From the NCBI GenBank assembly GCA_964234715.1, contig OZ174282.1: a DNA stretch of 64,000 nt; one strand, 5' to 3'. The DNA comes from Podarcis melisellensis (lineage: Eukaryota). How positions within the stretch are numbered: position 1 is the stretch's first letter; each line of letters starts with the position of its first letter. Positions 1 through 14,500 of the stretch are shown piece by piece. The position numbers and the translations under genes were made by a program. The notes beneath the pieces are model-generated. The model was not told the origin of the DNA and ran no database searches. It saw only the letters and a list, made by a program, of their open reading frames with translations.

Positions 1-551
1 ATTTCTGTAATCATCCAATTTGTATAAAGATGCATTCTTTGTGCAACTACACAGTGCCTTTGGGGACTCCACATGATAGGAGCATCAAGGAGGGCAGTTC
101 TAGGGGCTGATAATTGTTTGGGGAGGGCAGATCTGCTCCTTGCCTGGCTAGAAGCCCCTTTAGCCTTGAATCTACTTTCTGAGTGCCTCTCTATTGAGTC
201 ACAAGGTGTTAACCCTACCCCTTTAAAAAGTAAATCTAGGGATAAAGAAATCCCCATTCCTTCCAGATACAGGTATGGTGCTATAAAATCAGATTGTACT
301 GCTCTAGTTTCTTAGTCTGTGTTTGAGCTAGCTGCCATCCAGAGGGCTGATGATTTCTTCTTTCAGGCAGAGGAGACAGGGCTGGAAGGAAGGACTGAGG
401 CTGATAAAAGGAGGGGGATAGAAGGAGAGCTCCAGGTGGCATTTGTGTGCCTCTTCCAAACAACAGCACAAGTGCACAGCCAGACCAGCGTGGCTGAGCA
501 GAGCCACAGAGGGAGACACAACTGCACTGCAATCTGGTCTTTGTTTTCCAG

Positions 552-2074
<1,523 letters not shown>

Positions 2075-2766
2075 AGCAAAGGCAGAAATGGGTGGACTGA
2101 CCGGCCTTCCCTTCCGTGCTCTCTGGACATTTTGACTCAGCAGAGGGTGGGTGAGAGAGGAGGAGATGGCGGCAGCATCAGCAAGCAAAACGGTTCTTTC
2201 CACAACACTTCAACGTCATTTGAATGTATCTCTGTAGCGGCAAGGCCTCCTCAGCCCTCCCTACTCACACTGCTTGGCTCTAGGCAGAGCTGTTGACATG
2301 TGTTCTGCTCCTCCCTCCAGAAGTAGCCACTTTACCAAAAATGGATCCTTGAATCCTTCAAGAGTTTGTGGCGGATTTGATGCAAATGCTTTAGTGAATG
2401 TTTGCCTGCCAGCATTTTGTGTGTGGTGGCCTCATCATATGAGTGTCAGGACAGGGGTGGGGCCTTGCAGACTACAACTCCCACCATCCTTGTCCATTGG
2501 CTGTGCTGGCTAGGGCTGATGGGTGTTGAAGGGCTGCAGCTTCCCTGCCCCTGAGCCAGGGTTCTGGATGACGAGCCTTTCCTTGTCTGCCCTTTTGGAC
2601 TTGGATCGGGGAGTTCTGCAGAGCCCACCTCTGGTTTCACAAGAGGCTTTCTCCCCAGGGATCCTCTTCTTGCCCAGTTCTTCCAAGGAAAGGCAAGCAG
2701 GGGTATTCCGGGGTGAGCATTTCTTTCCATTGGCTCTTGGCTTTCTAGTTCTCCTTTTTCTCAAAA

Positions 2767-2776
2767 AATAAATAAA
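2767..2776 (+). terminator. Probable GOT2 polyadenylation signal (overlapping AATAAA hexamers); a second AATAAA at 2956-2961
   Basis: AATAAATAAA about 700 nt downstream of the GOT2 stop codon. Usage is not verifiable from sequence. Confidence 0.55.
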
Positions 2777-5700
2777 AATCACTTGAAATCAGCCTGCTTT
2801 AAATGGACCCCAAGTCCCTGGCACACTCCGGGAATTTGTGTAATGAAGCTTGAAAGAGAAATTACTTCCTCTTTTTCTTCTTCCTTGCCAAAAAGCTCAT
2901 TGTTTCCATGCATAGACAGTTTATAAAGCTGACTCATAAGTTTGTTTCACTATCAAATAAAAGGCAGATAATAGAACAATCTTTTAACTCTTCTCTGGCA
3001 TCTTTGATCAGCAAAAGGGCAACAAATTAAACTGTGTTTCTTTTAATTTTTGGTCATGGGAAGCCCTGCTGGGCCCTTGCTCATTCTCTCCAAAATCCTT
3101 TCTCACAATGCTTTGTAATCCTTTTCAATCCTTTGTAATCCTTAAATGGGACTAAAGCTCAGTTATGAATTTGGAATAGCTTCCCCCACTCCACCCCCAA
3201 CCCAGGAAATGTAACTGCTCTTAAAGTGCAACTTAACTTTGGCCGTTTTTAGTTTCCTCTCTGTTCTTGCCACTCACATGTGCTCAGGATATCTACCACC
3301 TGAGCCAAGAGATCCACTGCAATTGAATCACAGCTCACTAGGCATGTAAGTAGGGCAAGATAAACTCTTCAGTGTGTTCAAACAACTTAATATGGAAAAC
3401 ATTTTTGTCTGTGAAGCATTTTTCTCATGGAACTGATTCACTCTTCTCCCTCCCCCTGCAAAGTGGAAAGAAGGGGGCAGGTCAAACCCATGGGGAAACT
3501 TTCCAGATCTCTTGTCTGTGTGTGTGAGCGACAGAGATAAGTTCTTCAGCTTTGGCAATTATACAAGAAGCAGATACCATGAACAGTTGAGCCTCCCTCT
3601 CTGGCCAGAAGTTGATTGTCTGGAGCTACAAAACATGTACCTTGCTGTCTACCCACTGCCTCTGTTGTGAAAAGGCAGTTGAGTATTTAATGCATTGTGT
3701 GTGTCTCCTTTATGTTGTGTGAACAACTTTAGGCCAGGCCTTAAGCCCCATCTCTGTGTTAGCTGAGTTTCAAAGTATGCGTATTGAATGAGGAAGGGCT
3801 GAGAGGTCAAGAAGAGCTGTTGCCACAGCGTGAAAAAGCCTCAGGCTGGTGGCTTGCCTTTGCACCCAGTGGCCATAGCTACACATGTGGAGCTGCCTCT
3901 AGGGGGCAGAAGTGAACCTGTTTGTCCGTTACTTTCAGATACTACCACCTGCTGCTGCTTTCCCCCTTGTTTGGGGTATGTGCGCTTGTCCTGTCTGCCC
4001 TTAACCAGTCTGTTTAGGGTGCTTAGCTATGAGTTTCATTTGTGTGAATAGCAGAGCTAAAGGCTGTGTTTGAGCTTGCAGGTTTTCCTGTAATTCTCAC
4101 ATGACAGAAGAGAACAGCATTTTTCTTCTGTCAGTAGCCTTTGTGGTCCTCCTATTTCAGCTTGTTTCGGCAGGAGAGTCAAGACAGCCCAACTCCCAAA
4201 GCTTCTTTTTGATTCTCCCACACTTCATGCTGCTGTTGTACACTGAAAGATTTGACTTAGAGGATAGTCCTCATTTTTCTGTGCTGTGGTTTTAGGCCTC
4301 TTCTTCTCTGATTACTGTCTCCAATGCTCCGTCCTCTCACTAGAGAATATTCTGCTGTTCAGTAATAAATCATGTTGCCCTTTATGCAGCCTGTCATTTC
4401 TGTTAAAAAATTTAAGCTGCTGTACATCTGAGCGTTACAAATCTGAGGCTTTTATTTATGATGAATTCTGCTCAGGCCTGCATCCTACTACTCTAAATCA
4501 AGCCTTCTGTAACCTGGTGTGCCCTCCAGCACTTTCAGAGCTCAACTCTGATCAGCCCCAATATCCAATGAAGTAACTATTCTACCAACTGGATCAGCCC
4601 CAAGGTAACCACACATTGCAGAAATCTGGCTGTGAGGTTTCCACAGTTAAAGCAACTTTCTGTGTTGCAACATGACAGTGAATAACCAAGGCTGCGTGGT
4701 GGGCCTTGCGCTGACACTTTCATCCTGTTCAGAATGATCCTGGTGGAGGCACAATGGAGTCAGCCTGGTGTGGGGAAGAGTGTACCTTACTGCTATTATG
4801 GGGAGTGGTGGTGAGGTACGTGAGCACTTCTACCCATAGCAGTAGCATCCTGGTAAATGGGGAGTGAGGAGTAACATGGGGAATGAGGTCTATTCTATTT
4901 GGCTTGTTCCTGCTCTGCATTAACCAGACCATCTCTTGGCTATGCTAGAGTGTGATGAAGAGATGCTGGGCAGTCTTTACACCAGGCAGATTCTGAAGTA
5001 ACAAGAGCATGTTCATGCTCTGATGTTAATAGTGGCTATATTTTCCCCTCTTATTCCTACATTGTATAAGATGTTTCTAGATCTGAATACCATATTGGAT
5101 TAGTTTGACAAGAGTACCTACCTTGTCCTACTTACCAGTGCTGGGTCAGACTTTGCGTTGTCCTTTCTCACGAGCATATAGGAAAATTAGAGCCATTTTG
5201 CCTATTTGTCCAAAGCCGCCTAAGCTTCCTTTTTTTTTGTATCCCAGCAGAAGTGGGGTGAGTGGAGGACAAGGGCAGCTTTCTGAACTTGGCTCTGTAG
5301 AGAAAGGCAGAAGCAGAACTTTCTGAGGAAGGAGGGAGCCATTATTCCTTTGTCCAGCTACAGGTTTCACTTCAGCCTCCCCATCACAAATGGAAGGTAC
5401 AGATGGGATCAAAATAGTGATAATAACATTATTATTATAACCCTCCCTCTGTGCTGTTTTTTTTATTATTATCTGCTTCTGCTGTTCTTCATTGCTTCCA
5501 GCATCTTCCCCAACCTGGCTACTTCAGTTTGCAATGCTGCATAGCAGGAGTTTCCAAACTGCTCCATTGACCACCAGTGGTCTGCAAGCTTCATTCAGGT
5601 GGTCTGTGGCATGTCCACATGAACTGCTCATATTGATTTTTATTGCTTTCTTTATTTCTTACACTGCATTACAATTTGAATTCCATGGAGAACAAATTGT

Positions 5701-5899
5701 ATTTCGATAAAATGCAATATAAGAAACAAAAGGAGCAAAAACAAACCACCCACCCCGTGCTGTTTTAAAAATATGCAACACCTAAACACGCCACATTACA
5801 ATTACTACAATAGGCAGGAAAGACGTGAAGTTGTCTGCCAAGACCCTTGGCCATTTTCAAGTGGATTATGGAGAACAGACTGGGAGACTTTTGGCCCTC

Positions 5900-6620
5900 T
5901 AGATGGCGCTGCACTACAAATCCCAACAGCCAGCATGTGGCGGGATGATGGGAGTTGCCGGTCAACAACACCCGGAGGGCTCCACCACGCAGGTTCCTTA
6001 TCCCTGCTACCCAAAGCTCCCAGCTCCAACCCGCGACCTCTCTAGGCCTGGTTGTGACAGGACTTTGTCTTCCTGAAACCCCGGAGAGCCGCTGCTGTGA
6101 GTCAGCGGAGACTATAGTTGACTGACTCGGCCCAAGGCCGCCGGTTCTCTTTCTTGTCCCTGAGGGGGCGCGGTTAGGCCTCAAGAACTACGACTCCCAG
6201 CATGCCACGCGTACAGGGGAGGGCGCAGTCGCCGCTGCTGCAGCCGCTGCCATGTGATTCTCGTCAGCTGAGCAGCCGGTGTGGAAGGAGGTGGGTAAGC
6301 GGGGTTGCGGCAGGCTGGCAAGGAGGCTGCAGGGCCGCTCCTGGCGAGCCTTTCTCGCCCGCACCCCGGGCTGAAGGCGCCCTCCCTTGCAAGCAGAAAG
6401 CTAGCTTGCCAGGGAGACGAAGGGACCGCCGCTGCGATAGCGGCAAGCGCACCTATGGGGGTGGCCGCGGGGGGCGGGATCCCCTCCATCATCCACTTTG
6501 GAGTAGAAGCTCCGGCTCCCCGGCCCGCTGGAGGGAGCCGGCCAGCCACGATTTGAATGGGCTGAGCAGCTAAAGGGTTGCAGGGTGTCTCCTTCCCGGC
6601 CCCGAGATCATTAAGCCCAC
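5900..6620 (+). promoter_or_regulatory. CpG-island promoter and probable non-coding first exon of SLC38A7 (donor GG|GTAAGC after 6294)
   Basis: Sharp rise in CpG/GC content. ZNF143/THAP11-type motif AACTACGACTCCCAGCATGCC at 6186-6206, GC boxes, and a splice donor at 6295. Confidence 0.75.
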
Positions 6621-8571
6621 AGCTTACAATGGCCTGCCGACTCCCTGTCTAGCCCTTCGCCTCTCCCTGCTGTGGGTGAGTCAGGGAGAGGCGCCTTCTC
6701 TGTGCTCTGAAACTCGCTGAGCGACCTTGGCTCGGATCTCATCTCTTAGCATTGCCTGCCCTACAGGGCTGTTGTGAGGATTAAATGGAGGGGAGGACGC
6801 TACCTTGAATCCCTTGGAGGAAAGTTGAGCCTAAAATGTTACTCACAAGTGAACACATTAGGGAGAGCTTTGTGGATAATTTTTCCCTTCTAGTGAGTTT
6901 CTCTGCCATATGCCTAGGCGTGTAAGATTTTGAATCCATGGCTCCCACCAAGCCTAGTCACTGGCCTGTCAGTGTTGGCTCTGAAGCTTTTCTGCTCAGA
7001 TTTGTGTCTGTTATCTGCCAGAAATAATAGAAGGAAACATCTGACACTCATAATTTTCCATTTAAAACTTGCTGGCAGAGAGGAAGAGAGGTAAAGGGGG
7101 ATGAATTCATTAAAATAATGTTTGTGGTAATCCTCACAGGATTGCTAAACAGTTTCTTACTGTGAAGAAATGAAATGAAGAAATGAAAATTAAAATGTGT
7201 TATACAGTACCCAGGTATGAGAGAAGTAACTGAAGGACAGGTTACAATATAGTACCATGAAGTCAGATGAAGAATTGGATGAGCTTCAAATGCTTCAAAG
7301 GAAATGTGGAATTGGCTACAGAAACATATTCAAAAATCATAGTTCGAATCTTAAAGAATCAGCCAGGATAACTGCTACAGGTTGTAGAGAAATAGGTGAA
7401 GATCCTACCATTTATTTATTGGTAGCATCCCATTTCAACCACTCCTTGTTTTTGTTATGTAATTTTTTTAAAAATATGCTTTTTATAAAAAAAATCACTT
7501 AATTTTAAATTTTTTTGAAGTGAGGTGATTAAATAATTATCAATATCCAAGTCACTTGGATTTCTTTAATTGTGAATCTTATCTAGAATGTTGTATAATG
7601 ATGGAAGATTTTTCTGAAACCTACACTAGTTTGTTAATCTTGGGGGGAAGGGGGGTTTAAATTTAAACAGAACAAATTACTCACTCCTGCTCCTCAGAGA
7701 TTTTAATTCCCCTTGCTGATTACCAAAAAACACACACGCTTCTGTATGGCTGATTGAGGAGTTGAGGACTAAACTAGGTGATGTAAGCAAATAATTTTTA
7801 AAAATGGTTTTACCGCAACAGTGGATATGCAATAGAAATTATGGGGCTTGGGAGGAGCAAAACTGATTTTTTCACCAGTTGAGAAATCTTTTAGCTCCAC
7901 CCTGTGGTTTTGTGGTCCCCCCCCCCCCCAGAAATCCAATTCTAAACTTTGCCCAGCATGAGCAAAACAGGTTTTTTGCTGAGTTGTAGAGGGAAGTGCT
8001 TATGCAGCTGGTTTCTCTAGCAGCCCACAAAAGAGGATAAGCAGCAGTGGAAGACCTCTTCAGCTTTTCTTGTTTTAGCCATTGCAAAGGGATATTTGGG
8101 TGCTTGGAGCTTGGTGCCTTGGGAGCTGGGCCACAGGTATGCTAGGGCCAAATTTTGAATCTTTGTGAAGATGGTACTGAGTGGGAATGGCTTCCTGGGT
8201 CACCACTTTGGATTCTGAGCTCTTAGCAGTTACTGCATGCTTTAAAAATCACGATGCCCAGAAATGAGTTTTTTAATGTTCCCCTCCTGCATGGGTTTTG
8301 AGGTCTTCTGTGAGCAGGGGCCTGTATTTCCTCTCCATCTGCTCAGAGCTGACTCTTTTCCTTTGGTTTCTTCTAGGGCCATATGACCCACCAAACTGCA
8401 AGCATCTCTGCTTGTGACATTATTCTGAGCTCAGGCATGTCTCTTCTATATGCCACATATCCATGCCTGTCAGGATAACGCTTGTTGCTTCTCGGAGGCT
8501 GGGGGGATGCAAAGTGCGGTTCGTTGGATACAGATTAGCCTGCCACTGAGTGGCCCTTTCCAGCGGAGGAG

Positions 8572-11500
8572 ATGTCTGAAGGCCACTTGGGGATCAACAC
8601 CGAATATGGTGACTGGGAATGGAGTGCGGATGCTGGCGAGAGGGCCCGGCTGCTGCAGAGCCCCAATGTGGAGATGGGGCCCAAGGGCAACGAAGAGCGT
8701 GGACCTGCTGCAACCTCAAAGCTGGGAGCTGTCTTCATTGTTGTGAACGCGGCCCTGGGTGCCGGCCTCCTGAACTTCCCAGCAGCCTTCAGCATGGCAG
8801 GCGGAGTGGCTGCAGGAATCACGCTGCAGATGGTGAAAGCAGGGAGGGTGTGGGGATGAGGAAAAACGTGTGGGCGGTGGGAAGAGATCCATTTGGGAAT
8901 GTGCAGAGTGTGCTGGTGGTGTTTCTCATTTGGCCTGGCTGGAGCACAGCTTGATGTGGGCGGCTGTGAAGGTCTTGTGACGGTCACCAACTTGGATGGC
9001 TTTGAAAGAGAACTGGGCAGATTCGCAGAGAAGTCTTTCAGTGGCTGCTAGGAACAATAACTATGCTCTGCCTCCACTGCTGGAGGCAGCAATGCTTCTA
9101 AATCTGGAAGCCACAGGTGGGGAGAGTGCTCTTGTGCTTGGGTTCTACTTGCAGGTGAGAACAGGATGCTGGACCAGATGGGCTCCCCTTGACCTGAACT
9201 AGCAGGTTCTTACGCTCTTAAAAGTATTTTTAAAAATAAACTTGCAGCTATAGAATGTCCAGAAATTTGCCATGGGGACAATGTAGCCTTCCCCAAGTAG
9301 GTGCCCTCCAGATGTTTTGGACTGCATCTCACATCAGCCCAAGCATCACAACACCTGTGCTGGCTGGAAAGCCAGGTTGACAGCAGGTTGGAAAGCTAGA
9401 ATAAACTAAACTATGTATGGAGCAGGAGAGAGCAGGAAAGCAAGACAGGAAATGAGTAAAGAAAAATATGCCCAGAGCTTTTTACTGTTTTCAGTTTGTC
9501 TGCTGGCGCCTGCCACTCATCTCATGGTGCCATTCTTCCCTTTTCTGCTGCAGTGCATGCTGGTTTTCATCATTGGCGGCCTGGTCATCCTGGCCTACTG
9601 CTCCCAGGCTAGCAATGAGCGCACCTACCAGGAGGTGGTGTGGGCCGTGTGTGGCAAAGTCACCGGGGTGCTGTGCGAGGTGGCCATTGCTGTCTACACC
9701 TTTGGCACCTGCATTGCCTTCCTCATCATCATTGGAGATCAGCAGGACAAGAGTGAGTACTGCTAGGAAAGGAGGAGGCCTGTTTGGGCTTTTATGCCCT
9801 TCCCTCTTTGTCAAAATTCATTTCATTTTGAAATCTTATTGGGAAGACAAGGTTTGATTGAGCTCCATTGGTGTTTGACATATACTTGGCCTTCTGTTTT
9901 TGGTACTGTAAGAGGCTTGAAGCTGTGCTCCCTCCTTTGTTTTGTGCAGCTTGCAGAGAGAACAAGACCTGTACAATCTTCTAGAGCTTCCAACTGCCTG
10001 TTTTTGGCTCTGGCTTCATCCACCCTGGCTGCAGCTCCTGATTTACTTTTTCTGTAGGTCAGGTGTGGGAACCTGTGCCTCTCCAGATGTTGCTGAACTC
10101 CAACTCCCACCAGCCCCTGTAGCCAATGGCCAGGGGTGATGATAAAGAGTTGTAGTTCAGTAACATATGGACAGCTAAAGGTTCTTTCCACACTAGGAAA
10201 CTCACAGAGAATTATGCCACAAGAGGAGGTCCTGTTTCCTTTGTGGAGGGCATACTCTGTAGCCTTCAGAGGAATTACAGCCTGGGGGGCTATATAGAAT
10301 AACTGCCTGTGCTGTTTTTCAGTATACAGAATACTTGAAGTTTCTTTACAGCATTTTGCCCTCACAACAGCTCTGTGTGGTGAGCAAGGCTGAGGGAGAA
10401 TGGCTTGCACCCAGGCCACCAACTGAACTTTATGGCTAATACCCACCACATTCACACTATACTGTGACACAGATACATTGAATAGTTGGGCATCAGCTGC
10501 CTGTTCAGACTCCTGCCTGTGAGTTTCTTGGCAAGTGTGCCACTGACCACTTGGGGGGGGGGCTTGCACATAGCAACAGGTGCTCAGCTCTCCTGTCTCA
10601 GTAATTGTGCTCTTGCATTAGGCTACCCTTGCTGGAGAGCAGGGAGAGCTGTGCTGATGCCTGGGAGTGCCTCTTGCTGGCAGTGTCTGCTGAGTGATGA
10701 AAAGGGTTTCTGCCAGCGTTGCTTTCATAACATTGTGAATCGCAGGGTCAGAGGGAGCTACCATTAACCTCGTGCCCTCCGGATAGTTTGAACTTCAATT
10801 TCCATCATCTTTGACCATTGGCCATGCTGGCTTTGACTGATAGGACTCGTAGCTCCCAACATCTGGCAACTGGTGTAGTCCAGTGCAAGAAATCCAGAGC
10901 TTCTCTTGCCTGGGTCCTGGTGCAGTGGCGTAGTGTGGGGGTGCAGGGGGGGGCGGTCGCACCGGGCACAACATCTGGGGGTTAGGATTAGGGGGCGCAA
11001 ATCCACGGGTTAGGGGGTGCAAATTACTTGCCTTGCCCCGGGTGCTGACAACCCACGCTACGCCACTGTCCTGGTGTTCTGTACAGCTTTCTATAACACA
11101 AAATTTCCCCTTAGTTCCATACCAGTTGCTTTGTGTTTCCTTGGACATAAGATGTTCGAGTCTCTCTGAGAGTCTTTTTGTGTGTGTAGCTGTGCACTGG
11201 CCTTTGAGCTTTGACTTCCCTCTGCCTGATGGATTGGGCCCAGAGGATGATTGCAGTCTCTCTTTGTCTAGTAATTGCAGCATTAATGAAGGACTCCACA
11301 GGGGCAGAGAGCGGCCACTGGTACACAGACCGCAAGTTCACCATCAGCATCACAGCCTTCTTGCTCATCCTTCCCCTCTCAGTGCCCAAGGAGATTGGCT
11401 TCCAGAAATACGCCAGGTAAGCACAGGCCAGTTCTCAGCTGGCACACATCTTGGCAAATGCTCCCCAGCCACTGCTGCCAACCAGGGTCCTCATGAGATG

Positions 11501-14500
11501 AAAGTGTGAGGGTGGCAAACAGGCCGTGCCTCTGTATTGCTTGCCAGGATGTGTTGCTTGAGTGAAAGACTATGTGCCATTGAACTGCTCTGTCAGGGGC
11601 AGGTCTGGATGCAAAAGGTGGGTGTTGACATCTCAAGATGATCCTTGGATGGAGATAGTAGCAGCGGCAGCAACTCCATCATCTGTCCCACCTCTCTCTC
11701 TCTTTCTCATAGCTGCTTGAGTGTTATCGGGACCTGGTATGTGACAGCCATCATAATTATCAAATATATTTGGCCTGATGAGAACATCCCACAGGAAATT
11801 ACAACAAGGTACGTGGGAGTGATGCTCCTTCAGAAAGAGGTGGAGCCGTCTTGAGCTGCCACCCTTCCAGTCTTTGTTTTCTGCAGTAAGGCAGTGGAGA
11901 GACCTGACAATTTACCGTATTTTTCGCTCTATAAGACGCACCAGACCACAAGACTCACCTAGTTTTTGGAGGAGGAAAACAAGAAAAAAAATATTCTGAA
12001 TCTCAGAAGCCAAAACAGCATGAGGGATCGCTGTGCAGTGAAAGCAGCAATCCCTCTTGCTGTTCTGGCTTCTGTGATAGCTACGCAGCCTGCATTCGCT
12101 CCATAAGACGCACACACATTTCCCCTTACTTTTTAGGAGGGAAAAGGTGAGTCTTAATAGAGCAAAAAATACGGTAATTACTAGACTACCTAGTCGAGAG
12201 TCTCCAGTTAGCTTTTAACTTTCAATGTAAAAAAGTTTTTATTTCTGTGGTGGGCACTGTATCTGCCCACTCTTTAAGCTGCTGAGAGGTGCATCCCATT
12301 CCTCTGACTTTTGGCCATCCTTATGCTGGGGACCCATCCAGTTCTCCCCTGCTCAGGACTTGACGACTTGCAGCTAGCAGTCAGTGGGGACACCTGAAAG
12401 GCAGAGGGTAATTCTCACTGTAGGGGGAAGAAGGATGCATTAACCCATCCTTTCCCAACCCAATGCCTTCCAGATGTTTGGATTTCAGTGACTGGGCTGG
12501 CTAGGGCTGATGGAAGTTTTAGTCCAAAACATCTGGAGGGCATCAGATTGAGAAAGGCTGTGTTTGCGAGTGGAAGGGTTCCAGTTTAGGCATTGTCTGT
12601 GAAAATAGAGATGTGCATCTTAAGGTAGATTCATTTCATTGGCAGTGCCTCTCTTGCATTAATTTTAACTGTCCGAGTTAAAACTAGATCCTGCCAATCA
12701 GTTCTTGACACGTTACTCCCCTCAGGGGAGGGGATTTTTCCATTCTGAGTAAATGCTGATGGTAGACATTTGCTGAACCACACCATGAACTAACATGTGT
12801 GTTCCTCTCCGCAGCCGCTCCTCTTGGATGTCTGTCTTCAATGCCATGCCCACCATTTGCTTTGGCTTCCAGGTGAGGCTTGTCTGAAGGCCCCAGGTGG
12901 GTGTGGGCACATTGAGGCCAAAAAAGTCCACCTCTCTCGGTGTCTCTGTAACCAGGCCTTTGGCTGATTAAACATTCTATGGCCTTTTAAAGTGTATTTG
13001 GGGGAGGGAGCAGCTATTGGTATTTGTTTTACTATATATTATGTGTTCTCATTTTGTATTTTTATTTTGTGAGCTGCCCTGTGATCAGATGAAGCGCAGC
13101 ATACAAATTTAATTAGTAATAATCATTGTACCAAGTAAAAGCACAGTGAGCCACCCAACTCAATATTTTCTATGCTAGCTTGGTGCCCTCCAGACTGGCA
13201 GGGTCTCTCTGGGGTTTCATTCAGGGGTCTTTCTCAGCTCTATTTGGAGACACTGGGAGTGTAATGGGATGGGAAGAGAGACAGAATAATCAGTCTAAAC
13301 CCTGACCTTTGTTTCAAGTTTAATTCATTTTTATCTTGGATGAAATTGTAGTGTTTTCTTTCATACGGTGTTTATGGCATGTAGCCTTGTGTTTTTCTGT
13401 CCATTTTTTATAAGTAGGATGTGATATCCTAAGTACACTAGCCTCAAACTCTTGCAAGAAAGGTTGAATAAGGTGTGAACAGACAGACAAAAGCTTTTGA
13501 TGTGCTCATATGGAGCCTGCGCTCCCTACTCTTGACAGATGAGGGATAAGGGGAAATGGATTACTGTAGAATACAAATACAGCTGTCCTAGGAAAAGTTA
13601 AGATTGAATTTGGTTCAGAAAGCATTTAAAAAGGGATAATGTGAGTTACTCGGGTCCTGGAATGAGGCAGAGGTGGCTCTTATTCGTCAACCGTCTTAAG
13701 GGAAAATCAGAGACCCTGTTATAGCATCCTCCCTCCAGATGTTCATGGCACCAGGTTGGTGAAGGCTACTTTTTGCTGAATTTGTTGACTGGTTGTTTGG
13801 TCTCCAGCTGTGAAAACGTATCTGTGTAAAAACTGCACTAGCCCAAAGAACAAGTCAGGGAGAAGGCTCTCCTGTGCAAGTAATCACAAAGGCTGATGAC
13901 TTCTGCACGATCAGAAAACTTGCATTCTCCTCTTCCACACCTAACAACCCTTTCCTATTCCTCTTCTCCCTGGCAGTGCCACGTCAGTAGCGTGCCCGTC
14001 TTCCACAGCATGAAGCAACCAGAGGTGAAGCCATGGGGGGCCGTTGTGACAGCAGCCATGGTCATTGCTCTTTTTGTCTACACGGGCACAGGTAGGCGGG
14101 ATGAAATAGAGGAAGCGCTCAATCTCCTCTTCTGAGCTGCATAAGGGAGACTGATCTGTATTCCCTCATGGGATGGGAAGTGGCTGATGGTGGGCTCTGG
14201 GTCATTGTGAACCACCACCACCTTCTTTCTTCATCTTCTCCTCTTCTTCCTCCTCCTCCTGTTTCCTGCCAGGAGTCTGTGGATACTTGACGTTTGGGTC
14301 CAGTGTGGAGCAGGATGTGCTCATGTCCTACCCCTCCAACGACATCCCAGTCGCCATTGCCCGGGTTTCCATCATCGTCTGTGTTCTCACTTCCTACCCG
14401 ATCCTGCATTTCTGTGGCCGGTGAGCGTGGAACAGGAGGGGTTGGTGGGGCTGGCTGGTGCGAGCCTCTCCTGCTGCTGTGCAGTCTTTGCAGGGGGTGT

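Noticed and set aside
3000-5800. Additional gene between GOT2 and SLC38A7
   Set aside because: No consistent exon chain or recognisable peptide.
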